Position numbers and translations under genes: made by a program. The notes beneath the pieces are model-generated. The model saw only the letters and a program-made list of their open reading frames with translations, was not told where the DNA came from and made no database searches. Of a stretch of 64,000 nucleotides of DNA, positions 26,875 to 41,352 are shown piece by piece. The stretch lies in NCBI RefSeq assembly GCF_009914755.1, contig NC_060930.1; one strand, 5' to 3'. This stretch comes from the human T2T-CHM13v2.0 reference genome, Homo sapiens. The stretch's first letter is position 1. Each line of letters opens with the position of its first letter.

Positions 26875-29800
26875 AATCCATATTTTCCAATTTAGAAATA
26901 TGGACTATTGATGAAAAAACTAATTCTCAACAACAGTGATGAGCGACGTGCAGCCCCCAACGATCTGTGGTGAAGAGAAATGAGATTAGGAGGAACGGCT
27001 GAATTCCACACATGCTTTTCCAAACCCAATTCAATTCATTGTTGGGTTTAGTTTCCCTTTATCAAAGATCCTGTCCATATCTGGTATAACTCAGATTTTA
27101 AAAATTGAACTTGAGACAAATAGGACACAATCAGGAAGCTATTTTGCTTAAAAAAAAAAAGTCTCACATCATCTTCAGGGCTCTTATCCTCAGAACACAA
27201 ACACTTCAGGTGCTCAGCACAGAAGGAGAAGTCTACTTTGTTCCAGTTTCATTCATCAGGACTCAGTAACGCAAGGTGATATGCTGGTTCCATGCAGGAT
27301 GTGCTTAGCAAACACCCATTACAAGTCCTGGTTGCCACCTGCCTGCTCTCTGGGAAGAACTATGGAGAAAAAGATGTCATCGTAAGCCCAATTTGCCCTA
27401 ATAAAAAAATTACTCAGTGATTGCACTCTTCACCAGTGAAGAGTCCCCAGAGAACAGCACAAGGACAGCAAGTAGAAGAATCCGTATCTTCTTGCATTCT
27501 CAGCATCACTGTTTGATGTGTGCTGGCAGCTACACTCCCCATTCAAGATGGGCACAGGACAGAGCCCAGAGACATCACTGTCCTGCATGTGCAAATGTTA
27601 CACTTCTTGTATGTTACACCTTGCACATTCAGGGTGCTTTGTCTAAAGCCTAGGTTTAGAGAGCCACTCTGTCCCTCAAGGCTTGTGCCTGTCTCTGCTT
27701 TTCTGAGGGTCTACAGGTCCTATGCTGTTTGAAAAGGTGGTGTGGTGACCTTGAAGTCCCTTACCTCAGTGATACATGGCCCATGGGGCCCTACTTGTGT
27801 TCACCAAGCTGCAGCAAGGGTGACCTCCTGCTGACCTCCATCTTCAATTCGTCCAGGTCAGCCCTGCCTCTGTGAGTGCAGCTCTTCTGTAGAAGCCCTG
27901 CTCCACTGGGGCTCTCCCCAGACTCTCCTTTTCTTTGCATGAGCTAGGACCCAAAGGAGAGGATCACAAAAAGGCATTCAAGGCCACATCTCAAGCTTCA
28001 GTCTCAAACTCACAAAGAAAATTGGAGGATGCCAGCAACTAGCAACTGTTTACAATGGCCTGGAATGAAATGACATCTTCAATTCAATTCAGCAAGCAAT
28101 CATGCAGCACCAACTATTTGCACAACACACTGACAGAGGCTGGCAAAAAGGCTGCATGGTTTACATGCAGAGCCTGTTCATTCAGCATCATTGGCTCCTT
28201 CCACAAAGATAAATCAAATGTCTGTGTTGTGATTGGAAGTGTGCTCAACTAGTGTTTTTAAAAGTTCAAATGCTTTTTGAAAAATGCCACTTACCATCAC
28301 TGTGTCACTATACAAATTGTTTAACATGTCTATTTTTGATGCTTCATTAAAATGGCAAGGACTATACTTTGCAGAGCTGTTGTGACAATTAAATAAGAAC
28401 ATACATGTAAAATACCCAGCATGTGCACTTTTGCACTTATATATTACAATTAATTGTGCATAACATATAAAATTACTTATTCTATTAGAATCTCCAGCTC
28501 TTAATAGTGCCTGTAAGAAAGGGACCACTTGTCCTTATAAATCCTATATAGAAAAAAATGAAAGAGAATAATTATTTCAGAGACTTGGTTTGGGGAAAGT
28601 TGCTTTGCATTACAAAGAAAATAAATGGGAACTTTCCCCCAGATGGATTGAAGTCCTGGCATGGCTCCTACCATTTTGTTTCACATGGAAGACAGGCTAA
28701 GAGAAAAGCCATAATATAAAGCAGGACAGAGCCCAGCGTCCTGGGAAACAATTAACCTGGACCCCTGATCAAACTGTACCTTGTAAAAGTTTTCAGAATC
28801 AAAATGAAGTCATTTGTGTAAAACAACAAAAACAAAAACAGAACCCTGACAAATTGATCTGGGGAAGGATATGAAGGGGTTCTCATGCTTGCAGGCCTGG
28901 TAACAAAACTGTCACAAAAGACTACTAAAACAAAACCTTGCACAGAGCCATCACAAACTTACACAAAAAATGCTTCTGTGAGGACATCTGCCCAGCAACT
29001 GCCTTTCCAGTCTCAGAATAGCATAATCTTTATTATTGATCCTTTGTACCCAAGGATAATTATTGCAAAACAATTATGTCATTCTCCTGCATTTTTCCTT
29101 TAAAAACCTTTGTCTTATTTTAGTTTCCCAAATATGCCCATAGTTTACTATGGCACATGTATTCCCATTGCAATGCCCATCTTCAAATAAATATCATTTT
29201 TCTTTAGAGCGCCCATGTCTATGTGTTATTTAGGGTGACATAAATGGTGTCAGAAGTGCGACCTTGAAAAAGACCATCAGAAAGCACCAGTGATTCTTGG
29301 ACCTGGTGTGAACTACTCACTTGAGCCCATTGAATGCTCTGCTTCCAGGGCTCACTTTCTCTGCCCTGGTGCATTGTCTCTCAGGCCAAGCCTCCTTCTT
29401 TTTGGTAGAGAATTTTTTATATTATTCAGGATTTTGTTTGGTTACAAGGCTGTCTTAATAAAGGATCTGACATCCTTCCTGGAGATGATAAAAGACTTTT
29501 TGTCTTTTCTGGCAAGTCATTTCTGGTATAAAAACAAGAATCTTTCTGATTTGAGTACCCTGATTTCCACAGAATTTATATTCTGTCTGCGAGGCATGTC
29601 TTTCCTGGTGAACTTACTTTTGTTCTATGCATCTAGCTGAGTAATTTGTTTGATCATCCTCCCTGGGTTAAAATGAACACTCTGAGTATAGTCTGAAGGC
29701 AAAAAATAAACATTCTAAATGGCTAACTAAAAGCCATCAGGGTGGTTGCCACCATCTAAAATACCAGTCCAAACTTGTGACAAGATTTATAGGATCTTGT

Positions 29801-29879
29801 TTTCTTCTTCAGAGATTAATAAGAAATGGAATGGGATTCTCAAACATAAAGGCATGCTAAGTTTTCTTAGATGCCAGCT

Positions 29880-30731
29880 TATTGCGGGATCTGGCCAGCA
29901 GCCCACAATGCAATGGGGCTCTCTCTTTGTTCCCAGGCAGATCAGCAGGTCGAGAAATAATAGACACACACAAGATAGTGAAAGCTGGGTCCAGGGGGGT
30001 CACCGCCTTCTGGTCCTGCAGTGCCAACAATGCACTGGATATACCAGCATTTATTATTAAGTTTAGTGAGGGCAGGGGTAGGTTAGTTAGGGATTTAGGG
30101 TTGTTTGATTATGAGGTGAGATGGTCACATGGGGATGAAGTAATTCTTTAACATAACTTCTGTATGCAGAAGTACAGTATACAGAGATAAGAATTTACAA
30201 TATAGTGTGTGCATCAGTAATTTCTAACAGAGCCTTAAAACGGAAAAACAGTCTTTCCATAACCTATGATTAGCAAGATATTAATCAGCAGTAACAGTTG
30301 CAGCAAAAGCCGGTTACAAACAATCCATAGAAACAGGACGTGAAGAAATTCTCAGAAGGTAGTATGCCTTAACCCTAAAGAGGCCTAGAAGAGCTGTGGC
30401 AAGATGAGGGCGTTTATAGCCCTATCTTATCCAAATGGACAGGCACCCCTCATGCGTCCATTTATAGCTCTCCACAAGGGTCACATTCCATTCCCAGAGC
30501 TATGAACATCTGCTTTTCTGGGATAGGAATCTTGGTGATGTGAAACCTCCCTGACTGCACATCCATTCATAGGCTCTCTGCAGGGGGAAGCACAACACGC
30601 GCTGCTGGCTCGTTCTGGCAGTCCAACCTGGCATTGTCTTTACACAATCCTGCATGCAATCCTGTATTTACAACAATCAGGAGCATTTCACTTTTTATTC
30701 CGTAGCAATACTTTCAGGGGGTCTCCCTACA
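29880..30731 (-). mobile_element. Solo LTR of HERV-K superfamily (LTR13A-like) nested in the ERV1
   Basis: Minus strand begins TGTAGGGAGACCCCCTGAAA. 6-bp TSD CCAGCT at 29874-29879 and 30732-30737. Confidence 0.8.
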
Positions 30732-32972
30732 CCAGCTGACTTATTATGGCTCATTTTTGTGCACATTTTTTTAACTGATTGACAAATTACATCAAGGAAA
30801 ATTCAGAGGCTCAAATGGTCATTACTGAAACTCTCTAAAAACATCCCTGAAACTATAGTTAACATGTAGTGCCTTCTAAGTTCTCTAATTTTCTCTTCCA
30901 ATTTTTTTCTGCCTAGTTTGAATCTGCTGACTTTTCTACTGGTGTTCAGATAAAATTCACTGCTTATTGCATTCGAGCCAATATTTTTACAAAAGGTCCT
31001 AAAGGTCATTCAAATTAATAGCTTTACAAATAACAACAGCTCAACGGTAACCAAGAAACTAGACATAAGGGTCAACTCTTTTAATGTAAATTTGGGCTTG
31101 CCTAACAATTGCTTAGGATAATTAAATAATTAATTGAAGGACTGGCAACTATAAAACTATAAACTACTTATAAAACTAAAAGAACTAGATAAATGTTTAT
31201 AAAGATATAAAGATTGAAACTAAAAAAAGGATTAAAAGAGGTATTTTTGTTCTTTTTAAAAACCAAACTGTTTTACTCAAAATTCTGGTCCACAGCTTTT
31301 ATTATATTACCTATTTGGGCAAACAAAGTGTAGTCATGTGAACAGGTCCCAATTTTGTCAGAAATGCAATTTGGATCCAACTGTCTTTTATAAACTAATG
31401 AGATTGTATGCTTTACAGTATTATGACTAAAATTCTAAAATGAAAGCTATAAGAACTTTGTTTCTGTGTGTGAATATGTGTGTTTGTTCATATGTACATG
31501 TATTATATTGTATGTTGTGTCTCCATGGCAAAATCTGGTATGGTCAGCTAGAAATCTCTTAAGAAATTTTATTCAGATTGGCTTAGATAAAAAAGCACTC
31601 ATATAAAATATACAGCAATTCACTCAAATGCCTTTTAGTTCATATGACTTAAGTAAATCTTTAATAAACTGGCTCTAAAATTGTTGGAAAAATAAAAATA
31701 TCTTTAGAATTGTCAAAATACATTTTTGCCTGAGTTTATTGGTCAGACAGTTTTATGTCTCTATGAGATATTTTAAGGTAGCAAGGTTTAACGTAAAGGT
31801 TATAAAACTACAAACCCAGCCGACAACAAGATGATCTTTGTCCAACTCTCTGATAAGACTAATTTAATATTGTTGGCTTAATATAAACAGCTGTGTCTTC
31901 TGAGTTATTTGCAAAATATTCACATACTTAATTTTGAGATTCTTATTTAGGTGAACATGTGATATTCTTCAGGCTATAAAAATAGTTAACAACAATAACA
32001 AAAATGGAATAACTAGCCTTGTCTAATATCTTGGTTTTCACAAGTAATCTAGGTATATTGTTCAAAATAGATAAATTAGTTAAGCATAAATGGGGTAAAC
32101 ATTTATAAATTAACTTTTAATGTAATTTGAAATATTAAAGCTATATTAAATTAATATTCATTAAATATCTGGGTTATTTCCAAATGAGATTAAAACTGAG
32201 AAATTTCTGAACATAAATGTTTGTTCTTTGCTTCTTAAATTTTATGACTAAATATATTTGGTTCTATTAATGTACATAAAATTTATGTTGTGGAAAAGCA
32301 TTTTTAAAATTATAAAATGGTTCTCATCTATAAAATACCAGCATGTGACAGTTTAAAATTACTTGCTAAAAATTAAGGTTATTAAGAGTTAAAATTCTAA
32401 TTAATATTTATAAATCTGTATATAAAGTGCACCTAAGATGTTTTAATAATAAAAATCATTTTAAAAAGGCATTAAGCATGTGTTATTTAAAGAATAATTT
32501 TGTCTAATTTGAAGGTTAAAGGTTGATTAAAATACGGAGTTAGAAAGAAAACAGAAACAAGATACAAAGAAATCAGTAAGCAGGAAAGATGTAAAGAAAG
32601 TTATGAGTATGAAGATGTACTTTTGGTTAGAAAGGTTGAAAAGACAAGATAATAATTTTGTATGAGAATCTTGTGTGATAATTTTTTGTACTAAAATAAA
32701 ATGACTGGTTGGTTTTTTTAAAAAAAGAAAGTATAGGACAAAGCAGAGAGTCTAAACATGCTGTAAAATTTCCAAGCAGGTAAATAAAAGTTAATGAAGG
32801 ATGAATTTATGAAGAAATTTCACATTATCAAGTTGGCTATAATTAGAAGGAAATCACTTATAATTCTTTCTGAAGATTGAGCTTTGATATCAAAATAAAA
32901 ATGCACTAATAGAAAACTAAAAATTTTATCCCATATGTTAGAACAGGGTTTTCCTGAAATATTGATTTGCTC

Positions 32973-33360
<388 letters not shown>

Positions 33361-36300
33361 CTAAATTGCAGGGAGTTTCTCTTTCCTCCACATTTCTTCC
33401 TAAGATTCTTTTAATTTCCCTAGTTACAGGTTAGAAATGCCATCTTTTTCATTCAGAATGGAAATTTCCTTTCTTATGGCAAAATTTTCGTCTTAAAGCT
33501 TCTCCGATTCCTATCTGAGAAGCTCAACTTTTGCCCTATCTCAACAGCACATCATTTGCAGGTCTCACACCATGGCCTTCAGCTCTTTCTCTTTGAGAAG
33601 ACGTGTGATGATAGCCCTCTGCTTCAACCTTTGTCACTCCTGTAACTTTCTTCTCCAGTTCTATATCTGCTATTATAACGTGACACTGAAATATTTCTCC
33701 TGAAAGCCTCGGAAAGTAATGTTGCCTTCTAATATAACTTGATTCTGTACTGTTGGCTTTTCTTGTGTCTGAATTGTTCCATGTAACCAGGAATCTACAC
33801 ATACTTTAATTTTTTCTAAGAGCCATGTATTCCCCTGCCCAAGGTGCTAGTTTTCCTGTTTCTTCCCTATAACATGGGGTACGCTTACAGCTTGGACACA
33901 CATTCTTTCTGTGTTCAGTTAAATTCAAGTATCATTTTCAAAAGTTTCAGCTTCCAGGTTATCTAAACAAGCTTCCCGCAAGGAGAAGCACTCACACCGT
34001 AAGAGGTTTTTCTTTGGCTTTTTGGTAACTGGCCTAAAAAAATAAAGAATTTATGTTTTATCAAGATAATTTTCTGTGTTGTCTTTATTAGGTTTTTGAT
34101 TACTTCGGGAAACTGAGCTTTGAAAGAGTTAAGGTTTTCACATCCATGTAACTTTCTGTATTGCTCTCAAAGTCTTTTCATTATCACTCTTGTTAAATGA
34201 CTGTTATTGCACAGTGACCTATGATTGTTTTGAGCAAGCATTTTAAACCTTTTGACATATAATGACAGGCTTCCTTGGGATCAAAATTCTGAAGTTAGTC
34301 TTTTGACCTAGAATTAACTTTGAGATTTCCAGTTAGGTCCCTGGGGAGCCTGAAAGAATGTATCTCTCATCTTACAGAGATATTACATGATTAGACTTAT
34401 TTAGTAAATCGTATGGGAAACATCATCAAATGATAAGTGGTATTGGATCTTCTTTCAGTTACATTTATGGGAATGGTACTGATATGAATGTTTCAAAAAC
34501 TATATAAATTCCTAGAGATCTAGTATGTTATCAGTCATAATTTTGGTTGTTAAACCTTCTTTTAAGTTATATTTATATGAATATTGTTGATGTATTCTAA
34601 AAGTTATATAGAATTTATAAAAGTCCGATGGTCTTGATGTGATGCTGCCATTCATGATTCTGGGTGTTCTCTTAAGATGCCGCAATAGAAAGAAATAAAT
34701 TTTCTTGTCAATTGTGAACTGTCGTATGATTTTCACCCATAGCTAGTGTAAGCTTTTATCATCCACATTTACTGTTTGAATTTTTCTCTAAAAGCATTTG
34801 CAATTAGCTATAGTCTAAAATTGCTTTCTATGGAAAGGACCCTAACAAGCACTCTTGAACATAGATTTCTGAAAACCTTAAGATCAATGGACTAAATAAC
34901 AATTTTCAGAACTCTAACCAAAAACTGAAGCATTCATGGAATGCTAATCAAGATCAAGCAAAACAAAAAATTAATTACATAAAATTAAGTAACTGATGAT
35001 AACAATGTTTTTGTAACTTTTGTTTAAAACATTTTGAGTTCTTTACTTAAATGTTTTGTTCACCAGATTTAAGACAACATTCTATCTTAAGCTATCTATG
35101 GTCTACAGCAATTTGGTAAAGTATACTTTTGTGAATAAAGGTGAAAACATTTGCTTTTTCTCCCTATTTGATTCCTCCAAAATTTGGTAACTATTCATAT
35201 TCTTACTTTTTAAGACAGTGTGCCTAAGTTCAGTAAAAATCTGTTATCTTTATAGCAGGATAAAATTGTAAACCTTGATTATATTACCAAGGATTTGACC
35301 AAATTTCATATTCAAGAATGTGTATACAATGTCTGTCTTCAAGAGTTCCCAGTTTTAAGTGATTGAGGAAAAAGTGTCACTTCCTGGCAGGCCCAGGAGC
35401 CTTAAGGCTGTAAGGAAAACCCAAAGTCTGCATTGGATTGGCTTCCTGGCCTCAAGAGGTTTTTAAACCTGCGATTCCTATGTGATCGATGCAGAGAAAA
35501 AAAGTTGTGTTTCTAAAAGACTGTCATAAACCTGCTGTTAGACTGTAGCCCCGTTCGTTATTTGAAAGTTCTTTTTATCTGCCTATAGGCTAAACTAGAT
35601 CTGAATTCCTTTAGATTCCTCCAATCTCACTGTCCTCCACAAAATTACTATAAATGGAAACTGCTTTGTTCTGAAAGTCTGATATATGAGCCATAGAAAG
35701 TGCACCAAACTGCTCGATGCTATAACCCAGTGACACGCAAACAGTAAACTTGGATAAGCTGATGTTTTTCATGCTGTAGACATGACATCAGAATGAGACT
35801 CCACATCATATGAGACTTATCTCTCTTAATATCCACCTTTTTCACTTGGCAGGATAATGGTATAATTGAAATTTCACAATTAGTAACTTCTATTATAATT
35901 TGACAGAACCTGACCCAAGAAATCCTTAGTATCTACTGGTTACATTTTAAAATGTCTGTACTATTGTTAATATCACATGCTGTACCTGGATAAATTTCTC
36001 TGGGAAAGTTATACAAAATAAGAAGATAGGTCACATGGCTACAACAGGTCTCACCTAATTCCCCATGGTTATTTGATTTATTCTATTGGTTGCCTTTCAA
36101 ACTTAGTTCTATTATGCAAAACCATTACGCAAACTGAGACGGTCATATTAGTATTAATCTTGCTTTGTATTTTACCTTTTTAAACTTAGTATCTGTTGTT
36201 TGTTAAATTTTTTCAGAAGTATAACTCCTAACAAAATAATGTTGGTCCAGCACTTTGAGATAATAGAGATAATAGCAAAAGACTGCAGGAGAGACAAGAT

Positions 36301-36883
36301 TGAACTCAGTAGTGGACTTCCAGGAGGCTTAGCCTGAGAGTCACCCACTTCAAACCTCCCTTGTTGCTCAAAAAGGAAATGTGAAAGTTGTCAGAATCAA
36401 AATGGAGTAACTGGCATTAAACAAACCAACAAAAGGAACTTTCACAAAGCACCAGGGAAGGCCATAAAGAGTGGGTTCTCACGCCTCGATGCCTGATAAC
36501 AAAAAGGACTACAAAAAACACAACCTTGCACAAAGGCCACCACCATGTTACAGGAAAACATACTTCTGCAAGGGCATTTGACCAGCCACTGCCCATCCCG
36601 CCCTGGACTGGCATCATCCTTGTTATTCATCTTTGCAGCCAAAGATAATTATCTTAAAACAGTGAAGTAATCCTCTTGTATTTTCCCATTAAAAACCTTT
36701 GTCCTCCTTTACCCCCCTGAATACGCAGTTTACTATGGCACACATACTCCCATTGCGATGCCCTATGCCCAAATAAATATCATTTTCTTTTAGAGAGCCT
36801 GTTTGTCATTTAGGTGGACACACTGAAATTTTCAATGACTTGAGTCAATTAATTCTCTCTGTTTTTAAAGACAGCTTCCACTT

Positions 36884-36889
36884 TTTATT
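36884..36889 (-). terminator. AATAAA, candidate distal poly(A) signal of a long RNASET2 3'UTR
   Basis: tttatt on the plus strand. The position agrees with a remembered ~7.5 kb 3'UTR isoform. Other AATAAA hexamers exist in between. Confidence 0.4.
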
Positions 36890-37846
36890 GATAACTATAG
36901 GATCCTAACTGCTAAGCATATATGTTGATCATGATTACATGTTTATGTTGGGGACATTATTATAAATGTGAAAGAAGTATCTATAAATGTGATTATGGAT
37001 TACTCACTGACACACTCAAAAAGCGCGGTGATCTGAGTTATAGTAAAGCCTGTTTCGTTGGTGTTTGCCTGATAATATCTTACACCTCATCTCTCATCAT
37101 CAGCAAGTTGCATCCCACTGACCATCCCCCGGCTCCCCATCAAAAAAACCACTTGATTTCCAGGAATTGCCATAGGCTAGAGTCTCAGGTGTATAAAATT
37201 TCACTCATTGACTTAAGTGGAATGATTAACCTGGAGGAGACTCCAATCAACCTGAATAGAGTCCACTCAAATGTCTCTTCCCATGGCTGAGTCTATTCTG
37301 CTCTAAAACATTCAGAGAAAAACCAATCGGGTGACATTTCAGTTTTGATTAGTGAGGTACCAAGCCCCTGAATATTGGGAGCATCTTGGTGACTGGCTGA
37401 ATCTTGTACATGACTTTTGATGTATGTTGTTATCTTTGGGCCACTGCTGACTATCTTTTCTCAATTCAGGTTAAATATTTTCAAAACACCTACTATGCTC
37501 AAGTAGCTGTGTTCAGTACTGGGGCAGCACGAGCAGCCCACATCTCAGGGTGCAGTCCAAGACATATGGTCATCAAGACAGAAGAGCAGATGGTGACAGG
37601 TACCAACCACCAAAGCTGTACACGCCAGGTTCAATGTCTTTGCTGGTAAAAATGGGCCACTGTCACTCTGCAGACTTTTCTCAGTGTTAAAAGCGGGTAG
37701 GAAAAGGTGATTGTGTAATTCTTGCTCCCTCAAATAAAGGGAATGTAAATGCATAAGAATGCACAGGTCTGAAATGTGAAAAGCACGTCAGCATAAAGTC
37801 CATACAGCATTTAATGGATCTTAACTTTATCCATCTCAAACTTTCT

Positions 37847-37973
37847 TTTGGAGATGGAGTCTCACTCTGTTGCCCAGGCTGGAGGGTGGAGCGCAGTGGC
37901 GCAATCTCCACTCACTGCAACCTCCAGCCTCCCAGAGGGCTGGGATTACAGGCGTGAGCCACCAGGCCCGGCC
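37847..37973 (-). mobile_element. Internally deleted Alu (left-arm start fused to right-arm end)
   Basis: Minus strand GGCCGGGCCTGGTGGCTCACGCCTGTAATCCCAGC..GGGAGGCTG joins directly to GAGGTTGCAGTGAG... Confidence 0.85.
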
Positions 37974-38264
37974 TTTTTTTTTTTTTTTTTTTTTGAGACA
38001 GAGTCTTACTCTGTTGCCCAAGCTTGAGTACAGTCTCGGCTCACTGCAGCCTCCACCTCCTGGGTTCAAGCCATCCTCTCACCTCAGCCTCCTGAGTAGC
38101 TGGGATTGCAGACACCCGCCACCACACCCAGCTAATGTATTTTTAGTAGAGATAGGGTTTCGTCCTGTTGGCCAGGGTGGTCTTGAACGCTTGACCTCAA
38201 GTGATCCGCCCACCTCGGCCTCCCAAGGTGCTAGGATTACAGGTATAAGCCACTGCGCCTGGCC
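37974..38264 (-). mobile_element. AluS
   Basis: Full dimer with T-run at 37974-37994. Confidence 0.9.
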
Positions 38265-38844
38265 CATCTCAAACTTTCTAATAACTATCATCTGAGCCTA
38301 AAATGCTAATTCTGTCTTTTTTGTCTAAAATAAATGGAAGGCCCATTACAGTCACTCAGAAAAAAAAAATAGAATTCTTATCAGAAAAAAAATGACATAA
38401 AACTGCATTTCTCATCATCTGTCAGAGATTTTGCTTCAGATAAGAAAACCCTCACTACTGCCCCTTCTATGGGAAACGTAGCTCATCCCATAAGCAATGC
38501 AATGGACTTCTTTTCTATAGACGCCCAAATACTGACTTCATATCTGTGATTGTATCCTGGTAATTTCATTTCAGGAGCTAGAGCTTGTGAGGAAAAGTAG
38601 TATTTTAACTTCTGAGTCTTTTCCAGCCTTCTGCAGTGATAGATCTAGCCAATATAGTTGAATTCTGAAAATATTTTACATTACAATTCTCAGCTGCCTT
38701 AGGACCTGCATTAAATTATTTTTATTCCTGATCCAAAGTTCGCAGAAACAAAAAGTGAAAACAGGCGATCTGCATGTTTCCTCATCTGGGCGTGGTGAGA
38801 AGCCAACAGCAGGCACCTTCCACTGGGACCAGTGCTGCATTCTC

Positions 38845-39143
38845 TTTTTTTCTTTTTTTGAAACGGAGTCTTGCTCTGTCATCCAGACTGGAGTGCAATG
38901 GTGTGATTTCGGCTCACTGCAACCTCTGCCTCCTGGCTTCAAGTGATTCATTCTCCTGCCTCAGCCTCCCGAGTAGCTGGGACTACAGGTGCCCGCCACC
39001 ATGCCCGGCCAATTTTTGTATTTTTAGTAGAGATGGAGTTTCACCATACTGTCCAGGCTGGTCTCGAACTCCTGACCTTGGGATCCGCCTGCCTTGGCCT
39101 CCCAAAGTGCTGGTATTACAGGCATGAGCCACCACGCCCGGCC
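38845..39143 (-). mobile_element. AluS
   Basis: Full dimer. Confidence 0.92.
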
Positions 39144-39448
39144 TCTCTTTTCTATTTTATTCATTTATTCACTCCATCACTAGAGAACACTGGCTTAGAG
39201 CTGATGTGCCTCAGACACAGGTGCACTCATGGAGCACAGAAGCGAGTTGGACAAAGTCCGGGCCTTTGTAGTGTGACGTGGCCATTAGGGCCCACAGATC
39301 CTTCCCTGCAGTTGCTGTCTCCCTTTCTTCAGGTTCCGAGGAAGCCTTCCCTGGCCGCCTTCATAACTCTGACCTCCTCCCTCCCTCCAACCTACCAGCA
39401 TCAAATGCACCAGCTATGCTCCTCTTTTCCCTTGCCGTCTGTTGCCCT

Positions 39449-39572
39449 GCACTTTGGGAGGCTGAGGCAGGTGGATCACCCGAGGTCGGGAGTTTGAGAC
39501 CAGCGTGACCAACATGGAGAAAACCCATCTCTACTAAAAATACAAAATTAGCCGGGCATGGTGGCATATGCC
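39449..39572 (+). mobile_element. Partial Alu (left arm, AluSp-like)
   Basis: gcactttgggaggctgaggcaggtggatcacc...tacaaaattagccgggcatgg. Confidence 0.88.
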
Positions 39573-39714
39573 ACCACTCTTGGAGTGGGCCCAAGAGGAA
39601 AAGATCCCTGCTTATGGCCATGTCCCAGTGCCTAGAAGAGAGGCGGCTCATAGGAAGGGTTGAAAAAAGTGTGGAATGAATCAATAAACAGCTCTTGATT
39701 TAGTGGCAGGAGAA

Positions 39715-40386
39715 GTACAGGCCTCACCTCCACCGCGCAGGCCTCATCTACGCCATCCAGCCCTCACCCACAGTGTCCAGACCTCACTTCTCCCACCCAG
39801 GCCTCTACCCAGTCATCTAGGCATTCTCCCTGCCGTCTAGCCCAAAACCGGAACAGCACAGCCCTCACCTCTGCTGCCCAGGCCTCATCTACGCCATCCA
39901 GCCCTCACTCCTGCCGCCCAGCCCTCACTCCTGCCGCCCAGCCCTCACCTCTGCTGTCCAGGCATCACCCTTGCTGTCCAGCCGACACCTACGATGCGCA
40001 GTCCATGTCTCCGCTGCCCAGGCCTCATCTATGCCACTTAGCCCTCACCCATGCCATCTAGCCCTCACTCAAGCCACCCAGCTCTCACTTCCTCCATCCA
40101 GGCATCATTCCTGCCACCCAGGCCTCATCTACACTGCCTAGCCCTCACCTCCCCTGTCCAGCCCGTCCTCACCTACACTGCACAGCCCTCACCTCTGCCA
40201 CCCAGGCCTCATCTATACTGCCCAGCCCTCACCTCCCCTGTCCAGCCCTCACCTCCCCGGTCCAGCCCTTGCCTCCCCCGTCCAGCCCTCACCTCCATCA
40301 TGCAGCCACTGTCTCTGCTGTCCAGTCCTCACCTATGCCACATTGTCCGCATCTACACTGTACGGCCCTCCCCTGTGCCATCCAGC
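39715..40386. repeat. Degenerate ~20-bp C-rich tandem repeat (CCAGCCCTCACCTCCCCTGT-like)
   Basis: ccagccctcac / ccaggcctcatct recurs at ~20-bp spacing. Confidence 0.85.
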
Positions 40387-41000
40387 TGGCATCTTCTATG
40401 TAACACAACAAGAGCTGGAAGAGAAGAGGCCCTGGTCCCTGGGCGTGGAGGCGCAGAGCCACCCAGGACTGCAAAAGAACTCTTAACGGCCAACCATGGA
40501 ACTGGGTGTTGATATCCCATGGAACTTGCTAAACTAGGTGAGCAGAAGAGCACTCCAGGCCACCCAAACTGCGCGGAGAATCCAGGCACAAGGAAGTGCT
40601 AAGCAGAGCCCTCATGGGCTGTGGGGAGTGGGTGGAGGCACTGCCAACAGGGCAGGAGGGATTGAGGGAATGTCCCTGAGCCGCCATACTGGGGAGGTGT
40701 GATCTGGGAGCAGAGAGCCATGGTTGGTTACGGAGAGTGGCACAAACACGGTGCCAGCGTCCAGCACTGACAGTCAGGTGGCGTGGCAGTCAATGCATGG
40801 CCCAGATGGGAGACTGAGGCTTGAACTAAGTCAGTAATGAGAAGGATAAGCTGAATATAATTCAGAATACTTTCACAATTTAGGCAAAATTTTTTTAAAA
40901 AGTTTCCAGTTCACTTTGAGGTTTCTACCTGGAATAAGCGGATGGTGATGTCATTCACCGAGATGGAGGCAAAAGTTTCGGTGGAAAGATAAGATACCTG

Positions 41001-41352
<352 letters not shown>

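Noticed and set aside
37836-39684. ORFs of 70-184 aa (also at 24704, 51811, 56717, 60208, 62720)
   Set aside because: Typical Alu-derived peptides.
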